From: Malacoraja senta
Taxonomy: Eukaryota
Direction of reading: 5' to 3'
Length of the DNA: 64,000 nt
Assembly (NCBI GenBank): GCA_038087875.1
Contig: CM075996.1
Location: forward strand, 5,272,001 to 5,336,000
The notes below the pieces were generated by a model that did not search any database, had not been told where the DNA came from, and was given only the letters and a program-made list of their open reading frames with translations. The translations under genes were made by a program, and so were the position numbers. Below are positions 38,246 through 49,500 of the stretch, piece after piece (position 1 is the stretch's first letter; every line of letters begins with the position of its first letter).

Positions 38246-39604
38246 ACAAGGAACTGCAGATACTGGCTCATAATAAGAATGACTCAAAGTGTTGGAGGAG
38301 TAACTCAACGGGCCAGGTAGCATCTCTGGAGAACATGAAGGATGATCCGAGGAAGGGTCCTGACCCAAAATGTCAACTATCCGTGTTCTCCAGAGGTGCT
38401 GCCTGACCCGCTGAGTTACTCCAGCACATTGTGTCTTTTTTTTTTAAACCAGAATGCTGCTTGGATCAGAGGGTAGACACAAAATGCTGGAGTAACTCAG
38501 CGGGACAGGCAGCATCTCTGGAGAGAAGGAATGGGTGGACGTTTCGGGTCGAGACCTTTCTTCAGATGAGAGGGTATTGGCTGTAAGACAACATGGGACA
38601 TACATGGACGGGAAAGAGTCGTGGGCCTGCAGCTCGGAAACAGGCCCTTCAGCCCAACATGTCCGTACTGAACAAGATGGCCCATCCACGTCAGTTTGGA
38701 GGGATATGCACCACACGTGCACGGGCTGGTGGGACTAGTGTAGATGAGACAAGTTGGCCGGCATGGGCAAGTTGGGACGATGGGCCTGTTTCCGTGCTGT
38801 ACGACTCCATGAAATAGGACTAGCTTAGACGGGGCATCTTGCTCAGCATGAACAAGTTGGGCCGAAGGGCCTGTTTCCGTGCTGTGTGACTCTATGACTA
38901 AATCCTGGACGTGGAGAGTGGGGCGGCACGGTGGCGCAATGGTAGAGTTGCGAAGGGCCGGAGACCCGGGTTCGATCCCGACCACGGGCGCTGTCTGCAC
39001 GGAGTTTGCACGTTCTCCCCGTGACCTGCGTGGGTTTTTCTCCAAGACCTTCACGCGCTCCAAAGAGCTTGATCGGCTTGGTATAAATGTAAAATTGTCC
39101 CTAGTGTGTGTAGGATAGTGGCTGGCACGGACTCGGTGGGCCGAAGGGCCTGTTTCCGCGCGGTATCTCTAAACTAAAACTGCTGTGTCGTTTGCCACAT
39201 CTCTTGGCGGGGTAACAGATCCGCAGAGGCCGGCCTCACAGATTGCAGGCGGCAGCTCAGTGCGACGTGTCATGATCACAGTCCTTGCTGCAGGGCTGAC
39301 CTACTTTGCTCCACAAGCTGCTGGCTTCAGCTTCTGTGCCGCCAACTCCGGGAACACGAGGGCACCATTCAGTCCGTCAAACCCCACTCTCCATTCACCC
39401 GGTTGTATCCAGTTCAATCCCACTGACTTGGTCCTTGAAGTGCCAGCCTAATAATGACCAAGCTTGAATTGAGGGGAGGCCAGCAGAGGAGTGGAGGAGG
39501 TAGAGGAGGGGGGGGGGGGGGAGGGCAGAGGTGGCAGAGGAAAGAGGGGGCAGACTGGGCAAGAGGTTCAGTAAATGAAGAGAGAGGGAGAGGAGAGATA
39601 ACTT

Positions 39605-40075
39605 GAGCGTCCAGGAACGGAAAAGACGACAGAAAGTAGTAAACGTTGCCCAGTCCATCATCGGCTCTGACCTCCCTTCCGTCGAGGGGATCTATCGCAG
39701 TCGCTGCCTCAAAAAGGCTGGCAGCATCATCAAGGACCCACACCATCCGGGCCACACACTCATCTCTCCGCTACCTTCAGGTAAAAGGTACAGGAGCCTG
39801 AAGACTGCAACGACCAGGTTCAGGAATAGCTACTTCCCCACAGCCATCAGGCTATTAAACACAACTCAAACAAAAATCTGAACATTAATAGCCCATTATC
39901 TGTTATTTGCACTTTATCAGTTTATTTATTCATGTGTGTATATATTTATAGAATGGTATATGGACACACTGATCTGTTTTGTAGTCAATGCCTACTATGT
40001 TCTGTTGTGCTGAAGCAAAGCAAGAATTTCATTGTCCTATCAGGGACACATGACAATAAACTCACTTGAATCTTG
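39605..40075 (+). mobile_element. Rex1/Babar-type LINE 3' end
   Basis: QKVVNVAQSIIGSDLPSVEGIYRSRCLKKAGSIIKDPHHPGHTLISPLPSGKRYRSLKTATTRFRNSYFPTAIRLLN, then tail gacaataaactcacttga. Confidence 0.88.
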
Positions 40076-40169
40076 ATAAATAAAGAAGAGGTGGGTTGAA
40101 GTGATAGGGGCAAGGTTGGGGGACAGAGAAATGAAGAGAGGGGGTAGAATGAAGAGGTAAGGAGAGAGG

Positions 40170-40354
40170 GTAGACAAAAATGCTGGAGAAACTCAGCGGG
40201 TGCAGCAGCATCTATGGAGCGAAGGAAATAGGCAACGTTTCGGGCCGAAACGTTGCCTATTTCCTTCGCTCCATAGATGCTGCTGCACCTGCTGAGTTTC
40301 TCCAGCATTTTTGTCTACCTTCGATTTTCCAGCATCTGCAGTTCCTTCTTAAAC
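40170..40354. mobile_element. Palindromic PLE-derived insertion (two inverted ends fused at the hammerhead)
   Basis: Arms meet at ggcaacgtttcgggccgaaacgttgcc; 15-bp direct repeat aggtaaggagagagg at 40155-40169 and 40355-40369. Confidence 0.85.
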
Positions 40355-41054
40355 AGGTAAGGAGAGAGGAAGGGGAGGGTGGATGGGGGAGGAGATGGGA
40401 AGATTGTGGAGGTCAGACAGAGACGGTCAAGGGCGCGACGGTAGAGTTGCTGCCTCACAGCGCCAGAGACCCAGGTTCGATCCTGACTTCGGCCGCTGCC
40501 TGTACGGAACTGTACTGCTCTGTATTTTTGTTTACAACACTCTGTTGTGCTGAAGCAAAGCAAGAATTCCATTGTCCTATGTGGGACACACGACAATAAA
40601 CTCACTTGACTTGACTTGACGAGTTTGTACGTTTTCCCCGCGACCGCGTTGGTTTTCCCCGGGCGCTCCGGTTTCCTCCCACGTTCCAAAGGCGGAAGGT
40701 TAATCGACTTCGGTAAAGATTGTGTGTGTGTGTGGGATAGTGTTAGTGTTAGTGTACGGGGAGGGGGGGGGGGGGGACTTGGTGGGCCGAAGGGCCTGTT
40801 TCCACGCTGCATCTCTGAAACTAAAGGAAAGGGGAGAGGGGCGGAGGGTGCAGAATGGGTCAGCCAATGTTGGGAGAGAGGGAGAGTAAAGGGGGGGAAA
40901 GACGATGCCGGAGAGGAGGAGGAAGGAGAGCAGGGTTTGCCAACGCAAGACAGCACCACCGGCCTGCAGCCTATCACTGATGGGGAGGCTGTGAATGGAG
41001 GAGGCAGGGAGCGTTGTATTAATAGATTCAGCTTTCACTGCAGTCACAAAGCTG

Positions 41055-41057
<3 letters not shown>

Positions 41058-41117
<60 letters not shown>

Positions 41118-41122
41118 CGTGC

Positions 41123-41152
<30 letters not shown>
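41058..41152. repeat. (TG)n microsatellite
   Basis: Direct reading. Confidence 0.98.
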
Positions 41153-41153
<1 letters not shown>

Positions 41154-41978
41154 GGGAGAGCCCTCAGCCTTCTGTGCTGGAGTCATTCAAATTCTTCGCC
41201 ATCGCACCATCTAGCTCAGCTGCCTTTCCTCTCTCTTGTCTTGTTCAACAGGATAGAAGATGGGCTTACACTGTTCGTAAGTGATAGGGAGCAGAATTGG
41301 GCCATTCGGCCCGTCAAGTCGACTCTGCCATTCATCGTGGCTGATCTATCTTTCCCTCCGAACCCCATTCTCCTCCCTTCTCCCCCCCCCCCCCCTCCAC
41401 CTGGGTTCAAGAATCTATCTATCTCTGCCTTAAAACTATCCAATGTCTTGGCCTCCACATCCTTCTGTGGCAAAGAATTCCACAGATTCACCATCCATAA
41501 TGTACCCTCGTTCCAAAGCCGATTGCTCTTCTGCAGGATGCATTTCCACAGGTATGAGTTGCCTTATAGCTCTTAGCTTTGTAGATCTATCAGAGCTCTT
41601 AGGGCTAAAGGAATCAAGGGATATGGGGAAAAGGCAGGAACAGGGTACTAATTCTGGATGATCGGCCATGATCATATTGAATGGCGGTGCTGGCTCGAAG
41701 GGCCGAATGGCCTACTCCTGCACCTATTGTCTATGTTTACCTTCATGTACCCGATGAAGGGGGCTGGATCTCGCACGCAGCTTGCTTGACCAAATTGCGG
41801 AGAATTGTGGACGCAGCCCACAAACCAACCTGCCTTCACTTACACCTCACGCTGCCTCGGCAAGGCCAGCAGCATAATCAAAGACTAGTTCCGTCTTGTC
41901 TCCTCTCCAGTCGGGCAAGAGGTATAGAAGTGTGAAAACGCACACCTCCAGATTCAGGGACAGTTTATTCCTGGCTGT

Positions 41979-42069
41979 ACACAAAAATGCTGGAGAAACT
42001 CAGCGGGTGCAGCAGCATCTATGGAGCGAAGGAAATAGGCAACGTTTCGGGCCGAAACCCTTCTTCAGA
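41979..42069 (-). mobile_element. About 91-bp PLE 3' end with intact hammerhead core, inserted in a Rex1/Babar fragment
   Basis: 9-bp direct repeat cctggctgt (41970-41978, 42070-42078). Confidence 0.85.
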
Positions 42070-42374
42070 CCTGGCTGTTATGGGACAACTGAACCATCCC
42101 ACCACAACCAGAGAGCAATGCTGAACTACTATCTACCTCATTGGAGACCCTCGTACTCTCTTTGATCTTGCACTAAATCTTCATCTTGCACTAAATGTTA
42201 TTCCTTTTGTCACATCTCTGCACAATCGGCTTGATTGTAATCACATATCATCTTTCCGCTGACTGGTTTCGCACGGAACTTAAACTTCACGGAACTTCAC
42301 TGTACCTCGGTACATGTGACAATGAACTCGATCTAACAGGTAAACTCAGCCCTGACCCGACACAACGTTCACAC

Positions 42375-42683
42375 ACGCACTCTGTGATTGACGGACTGTT
42401 CCCAGGGACACATTCAGAGACTGACATCGAGTGCTGCTGGAAGGTCATCAACTCGGTGAAAGACGCTCTTTGGTCTGCCCGAGCGTTGTTGACCTCCCAG
42501 CGGAGTGAGATGTCCATCAGGGAATGTTGCCGACTGGCCCGCTGCGGATTGCAGGAGTACGTGCTGAGAGACGCACTGAAGCTCGGTGCAGGCAACGGCC
42601 AGGCTAGACCAGACTAAGGTCCTTCCGCTGCTGGACATGGGGGGCAGGGTGAGGTGGAGACGCCCCTCAAAAATGAGGGAAGG
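42375..42683 (+). mobile_element. Tx1-like LINE ORF2 C-terminus and start of 3' UTR
   Basis: SVIDGLFPGTHSETDIECCWKVINSVKDALWSARALL..ECCRLARCGLQEYVLRDALKLG; clade assignment from recall of Tx1-type C-termini. Confidence 0.65.
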
Positions 42684-43258
42684 TAGTATAATAACAGGAA
42701 AAACATTAATTCTAAAATTTTGGAAAGGCCCTACAATCAAAATGTGGATTATAGAAATGACGGAGACCTTAAACGTGGAAAGAATCAGATTTTCCCTGTT
42801 GGACAAACAGGAATTATTCGTTGGAACATGGTCTCCCTTTATTGATTATTTAAAGGGTCAGAATGGTTCAGCACAGGAACCTGACTAATGCTCGGGCTAA
42901 AGAATGGATGAAATGTTATACTCTGAAATGTACGAATATATCTCGAATGAAGTTTTTTATTTTAATACATTTTCCATTCTTCTTTAATCATCATTTTCTT
43001 TTTTTTTAGTTTTGTTTTTTTTGTTTTTTGTTTTTTGTTTTTTTTGTTTTCTCTTTTCTCTTTTTCTTCTCACTCTTTTCTTTCTTTACTTCATCTATCT
43101 TTTTAGTTCTATCTAGTTTTAAAAAAAAGGCAAAAGGTATTGGAGACAATGTAATAATAATTGATAATATTATCAATTTAAAAATGTAAGACTGTAATGA
43201 TGTTAATAGGTTGTGTACTTATCTCCAATAAAAAATATTTTCAAAAAAAAAACAAAAA
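42684..43258 (+). mobile_element. 5'-truncated L1-clade LINE with poly(A) tail and TSD
   Basis: KTLILKFWKGPTIKMWIIEMTETLNVERIRFSLLDKQELFVGTWSPFIDYL; AATAAA and A-tail; direct repeat aaaatgagggaagg at 42670-42683 and 43259-43272. Confidence 0.85.
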
Positions 43259-43821
43259 AAAATGAGGGAAGGGATTCCACGCCAGTGGGCCACATGAGTG
43301 GCAAGGGTGGGGGGTAAATTTGTGCAATTTGTGTAAACTGTATTGAATGTTTGTATAGCCTCTGAGAATGTCGGATTAATTTTTTGCACGGTTCCTGTGT
43401 TGTAACAGACAGATTACCCCTTCCTTCTCCCCAGAGATGCTGCCTGGCCCAGAGCTACTCCAGCATTTTGTGTCGATCTCCGGTTTAAACCAGCATCTGC
43501 GGTTCCTTCCTACACAAGATTAATCCCCAGTTGGTCGACTTCTCAACTGTTCAACAGGCGACTAACTGCACCATCATGCCATCAACTAGAGCGCAGACCT
43601 GAGCTACTCCGGAGCTCCCGCAAAGACAGCTTCGTCTGCTGGACTGGAGGGTGGCAGCTTCGACCGCCCCCCGGGCCGTTCGCGGAGTTTGAACCGGCCC
43701 GTTCGCGGAGCTCGGATGTGGCCGCTGGACTTACCATCGTCCGGCGGGGTCCCAACATCGGAAGGCTGGATCGCCTCAACGCAGAGGGAGAACAAGGAGG
43801 GAAGAGACAAGGACTTTAAGA

Positions 43822-44289
43822 AGGTACATAAAAATGCTGGTGAAACTCAGCGGGTGCAGCAGCATCTATGGAGCGAAGGAAATAGGCAACGTTTCGGGCC
43901 GAAACCCTTCTTCAGACTGATGGGGGATGGGGAGAAGAAAGGAAAAAGGCGGAGGAGACAGCCCGAGGGCTGGGGGAGGGGAGGAGACAACCAGATGGCT
44001 GATGAAGGGGAGGGGACAGCAAGGGCTAGCAGAATTGGGAGAATTCAATGTTCATGCCCCCAGGATGTAGACTCCCCAAGCGGAATATGAGGTGCATTTC
44101 CTCCAATTTCCGGTGTTGCTCGCTGTGGCCATGGAGGAGACCCAGGACAGAGAGGTCAGATACGGAATGGGAGGGGGAATTGAAGTGCTGAGCCACCGGG
44201 AGATCAGGTTGGTTATTGCGGACCGAGCGGAGGTGTTTGGCGAAACGATCGCCAAGCCTCCGCTTGGTCTCACCGATGTAGATCAGCTG
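43822..44289 (-). mobile_element. Penelope-like element 3' fragment (GIY-YIG endonuclease end, UTR, hammerhead motif 43885-43920)
   Basis: LIYIGETKRRLGDRFAKHLRSVRNNQPDLPVAQHFNSPSH..RKLEEMHLIFRLGSLHPGGMNIEF; 13-bp direct repeat aaggactttaaga at 43809-43821 and 44290-44302. Confidence 0.92.
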
Positions 44290-44816
44290 AAGGACTTTAA
44301 GACTTTTGCCTTCCATCACAGTGAGCAGGTGCCTGGTAGACAGACTCACTGTGGTGGATGTTAAACTGTGTTGAGTGTGTGTTTTGTTATTTTATTCTCA
44401 GTTATGACTGCAAGGTATACAATTCCGTTCAGACTGAAATGTCTGAATGACAATAAAGGATACTTTACTTTACCTCATTGGAGACCCTCAGATTATCTTT
44501 GATCGGACTTGACCTTGCACAAAACGTTATTGCCTTTATCATGCGTGTGTACACTGTGGCTGGCTCGATTGTAATCATGTTTTGTCTGTCAGCTGACTGG
44601 TGCAACAACAGCTTTTCACTCTACCTGGTGTGGGACCTCTGATCACAACACAACTTGTGCGAGTGATATCTACAGAGTGATAACTGATAACTACCCTCTC
44701 ATTGTGTGACTTGGCAGTAACACCTCAACCTTGAATCACCTCTACTCTGAAGATATTTCACCTTGAACATCAGAAGCTTTAACTGTGATTGCAGTTAACC
44801 CATATTGTTACGAGTT

Positions 44817-45178
44817 AAGGTAGACACAAGTGCTGGAGAAACTCAGCGGAGCTCGGATGTGGCCGCTGGACTTACCATCGCCTGGTGGGGTCCCAACATC
44901 GGAAGGCTGGATCGCCTCAACGCAGAGGGAGAACAAGGAGGGAAGAATCAAGGACTTCAAGAAGGTACACAAAAATGCTGGAGAAACTCAGCGGGTGAGG
45001 CAGCATCTATGGAGCGAAGGAAATAGGTAACGTTTCGGGTCGAAACCCTTCTTCAGACTTTTAAACCCCGAAACGTTGCCTATTTCCTTCGCCCCATAGA
45101 CGCTGCCCCACCCGCCGAGCCTCTCCAGCACCCCTGTCCACCCTCGATTCTCCAGCACCTGCAGTTCCTTCCTAAACA
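44817..45178. mobile_element. Composite PLE-derived insertion with inverted arms, one arm T>C hypermutated
   Basis: PLE stub 44817-44849; GC-rich repeat piece 44846-44962; PLE arm 44963-45058; inverted arm 45067-45178. Confidence 0.8.
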
Positions 45179-46564
45179 GTAGACTTTTTAAAAATTGTTT
45201 CAGTCATTTCGGCCAGACATAAACCATTTTACGAGTGAAGTATAAGCAAGTTAGTTTTAGGTGTCAGAAAAAGTCAATGATTCCACAAGTTAATTTTTTT
45301 AAGTTAAATGTTGAGCTCCATCATTAATACCGATTTAAACACCACCGAGCTAGAGGAAAACATTAAACCTGTTCTTTCTTGCTTGCAGGAGGGCGTGCAT
45401 TTGAAAGTGTTGTTACCTGTTGAAGTGTGTACGACCGCTAGTCAGCTGGCAGCTGGCAGCTGCCCAGCCTAAGAGCATGAGTAGAAGTCAACTATTCCCC
45501 TCTTGGAGTCAGAGTGATACAGTGTGAAAACAGGCCCTTCGGCCCAACTTGCCCACACCAGTCAACATGTCCCAGCTACACTCGTCCCACCTGCCAGCAT
45601 TTGGCCCATATCCCTCCAAACCCATCCTATCCATGTATCTGTCTGTCTCTTAAAATGTTGGGATAGTCCCCGTGTCAACTACCTCCTCTGGCCGCTTATT
45701 CCATACATCCACCACCCTGTGTGAAAAAGTTACCCCTCGGATTCCTATTAAATCTTTTCCCTGGTAGGGGTTCCTATTAAATCTTCTGATAGGGAACTTC
45801 TAACCGCTGTGAGTGCATAGATCAAAGCAGAGTGCCACTTCTCCACAAAGCACAGTAGAGAGGGTGACACAGCGGTAGAGTTGCTGCCTCACAGCGCCAG
45901 AGACCCGGGTTCCATCTTGACTACAGGTGCTGTCTGTACGGAGTCTGTACCTTCTCCCCGTGACCTGTGTGGGTTTGCTCAGAAATCTTCAGTTTCCTCC
46001 CAAATTCCAAAGGCGTACAGGTTTGTAGGTTAATTGGGGAGGTATAAATGTAAAACAGTCGTGCGTGCGTGTGTAAGGAATAGACAATAGGCAATAGACA
46101 ACAGGTGCAGGAGTAGGCCCTTCGAGCCAGCACCGCCATTCAATGTGATCATGGCTGATCATCCCCAATCAGTACCCCATTCCTGCCTTCTCCCCACATC
46201 CCCCGACTCCGCTATCTTTAAGAGCCCAATCTATCTCTCTCTTGAAAGCATCCAGAGAACCTGCCTCCACCGCCCTCTGAGGCAGAGAATTCACAGACTC
46301 GCCACTCTCTGGGAGAAAAGGTGTTTCCTCATCTCCGTTCTAAATGGCTTACTCCTTATTCTTAAACTAGTGGTATGTGTTAACGTGCGCGGGGATCGCG
46401 GGTCGGTGCGGAGTCAGTGGGCCACTCTGCGTCTCTAAACTAACCACGGAGCATAATTGCACTGGTGTGAAACACCCAGTGCTCAGGAGGAGGGTTGATT
46501 GCTGTAATGCTCGATTTAACTGTTAAAGAAGACACTACACACAGCCAGCTCCAATTTTCATGCT

Positions 46565-46570
46565 TTTAAT
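46565..46570 (-). terminator. Candidate TOB2 polyadenylation signal (ATTAAA)
   Basis: Minus-strand GTATTAAAAGCA at the end of a long AU-rich non-repetitive tract, followed by GU/U-rich TGTGTGTAGTGTCTTCTTT; repeats resume shortly beyond. Confidence 0.55.
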
Positions 46571-49500
46571 ACAAACTTAAAAAAGATTCGGAACATTATA
46601 AACTATACAGCTCTGACCTCACCTACAACAAATCTGCAAAAACATCTTAGCATCAAGCAAGTATTGCACAATGTTCCAAAGTAGAAAATTGGGATGTTTC
46701 TCAGTCTACAATAAAAGGAATTATTTGCATCCACTTTCCTTAACAGAAAATACCCATTCCTTTCAAAAAAGTAAAATGTACATAATTTGAAAAAATCCTG
46801 CCATCGCATTTACTCTTTCTGAAGCATACAATGTCAATATCTGTTTTCAATTTTTTTTTGAAAAAATAATTTGTTGCATATGAAATCTGAAATGAAATTA
46901 CAATAATGTACATTAGAAATATATACTCTTAACCTTTACAAACATAGTAAATTATTCAAGCAAAGGAAACCAAAGAAACTTAAGATTCCGATCAGTTAGT
47001 GCCAAATTTTTTAAAAATAAAAAATAAAACCAAGCAGTGTTTTTTTTTTAAATGTTCAAGTAAAGAAAGGCTAACGTCTGGATAATACATCACATCACCT
47101 CAATGAAGGAACACTTGGGGTGGGAGGGGGGGGGGGGGAGGGAAGGAAGAAAAAGTCCTCAAAAGGCAATCATTTTTAACAATGACCAGTCTCCCTTGCA
47201 TCCAAGAACCCTTAACAGGGTCACCTTGGAATCAACTGGAAATTGAAACCAATTGTACCACCTCACAACTAGATCCTTTCTTAGATTTGTTCCTATCCCT
47301 TAACTGAGAGGCAGAACATAGGCATGAACAGCAAGGCTGCCCAAGAACCCAGCAAGGTGGTTCAACTGAGCGTCACGAGTAGATCAGGTCGTTGGTACTC
47401 TAAGTGACCCGCTCTTGGGCAAGCTATACTCCCTCACCAATTTGGAGGCTGGAAGTCTCAGATATGTGGGGATTACTATTCAAGGAGGTCACAAGTCTTG
47501 TAGGGTCTGTGTCACAGTGAGGGTTGGGGTGGAGAAGAGAGAGAGAGTCAGGTGTCAAAGGCAAGGCTGCTCAAGTTGCTATTTATGCCGTTGGGCATCA
47601 AGCCCCATGGTCAAATATGTCCTCTGTTGATGGTTCAGTGGTTGTTCTGTTTTGTCCTGCTGTTACCATGACCAAGTTGTATTATCATATGAAATAAAAA
47701 AACATGTACCAGCAGTTTAGGGCCACATGCTCTACGAGGCAGACAGCCAAAGGATGCCATTTCCAGTCTTTCCCCACCGATATTGAACTGGCAATCTCAA
47801 CAAACCTCCCCCGTTCAGCAGGATGCCAAACTCCAAACTTTGGAAGAGCACAGTGAATGCAAAACGATCACTGGACACAAACAGGGCGAGCAGGGAATTG
47901 TTTCTACTTTGTTAGTCAAAAGCTTGTGGTGTCCCTAGAATGTGCCCAGAACAAAATTCACAATGGTCTTTTACCCAACACCATTCTCTCCGTATTCCTT
48001 CCTACACCATCAAAGTGCATATTTCCTGTCACGCTTTTAGTTTTAAATTAAAAAATACTAAATCAACTAAATTCCAGCAAGCCAGAGAAAGCTTTAAAAA
48101 ATGCAGATTTTGAATTTGTGTTTAAATGCAGCCCCCGTTTGTGAGCGAACAATTTGGTGGCCATCTTGAATTTCAGAGACACTAGCATTGTAAAGTATAG
48201 GCAGTTGTGGCATTTGCATTTGAGGTGCTGCATGCTACACACAATCAGATTAACAGGACGAGGTCGCCATTTTGATATGGAACAGAGAAAGAGCATGGGG
48301 GGAGGGGGGGGGGAGGGGGTAAGAAAGAAAGAGGGGCTTCAACACTTCTAAAATGATCGTTTCAGCAATCTTAGTCTTATTGTAGTGTGTTCGGTCTGTT
48401 GGGATAACAGCACAAGACAACATCAGCTCAAAAAGTCATCGATTCCAGCATCACATACTGGATGGATCCCGGGTTGTGACGATTGGATGAGGTTGGGGAG
48501 TTTAGTCGCAGTGTGGACGCACTGAACAATAAATGACTAGGCCAAAAGAGGGTTGCGGTGATCTGGATTGCCGAGACAGTGGACAAGCAGATTATACAGC
48601 AGTTGCAACTCACTCGTTATAGATTAGTTCCCTCACTCTTGCTCAGAACTATAACTGGTTAAGGCTTTAACAACTTCAGGACTCCCACAACAATTCAAGA
48701 TTACAAATACTAAAACAGATAGCTGTATTCGTCTGGTCCATGTGTATTACCTTGATCATAACAACATTCGCCTCAAGTGGCTGTGTTGACATTTTTGAGG
48801 CCTCAAGCCACAGCGCAGGGAACCGGAGGCTGAACGGCAACATTAATCTAGTAGTTTGGAAACATTTCAATGCTAGAACCATATACAAATATAGGACTTT
48901 TTCTTTTAAACTGAAAATCAGAGAGAGAGGAAGAGAGAGAGAGGAGGACAGAAGGTATAATAAGTTTTCACCCTTTAATCCGGGTCACTTCCCCTCCCCG
49001 CCCCCCCCCCCACCCCCCCAAAAGAAAACTGCGGTTAGTGATCTGTACCAACATGGCTGTACTGGGTCCAATGTTCAAAGTAACAGCACACCAAGGAGAA
49101 AACAAAACCAAGTTGGACAACCAGTAAATCTGTCACCCAGGGACAAACCTTCAGATGCAATTTTTAGTGGCCAGTACAAGTATCAAAGCAAACTTCAGAT
49201 GGCCATCAGCTACTTACTATATTGTGGGAAGTGTCGTAGGTAGTTTATAAATACTATGGTACTTTCGTGAAATATAGTGTTCCTCGTCTGAAACATGTAC
49301 GTGTGCAGATTGTAAACGTCAGGTGAGCTTTCTTTCAAAGCTAGTTTGAACCCAGCCTTTTCTCACTTTAGCTGCACTGTTTGGGTGGGGGGACGCAAAG
49401 GGAAACCAGCACAATTATCACACTAAAGCAGGGGAAATAAATCAGAGGAGACACTTGCATTATCTAATAGGCTGCTGTGGAGCAATGTTGGATGAGGCCT

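Noticed and set aside
38920..39020. Possible second T>C-biased copy (SINE) and a few A>G changes near 28260-28285
   Set aside because: Few changes, partly explained by retained CpGs, and mixed with other substitutions.
40315..41576. Long ORFs of 220, 222 and 193 aa
   Set aside because: Composed of SINE, PLE, (TG)n and CR1 tail sequence.
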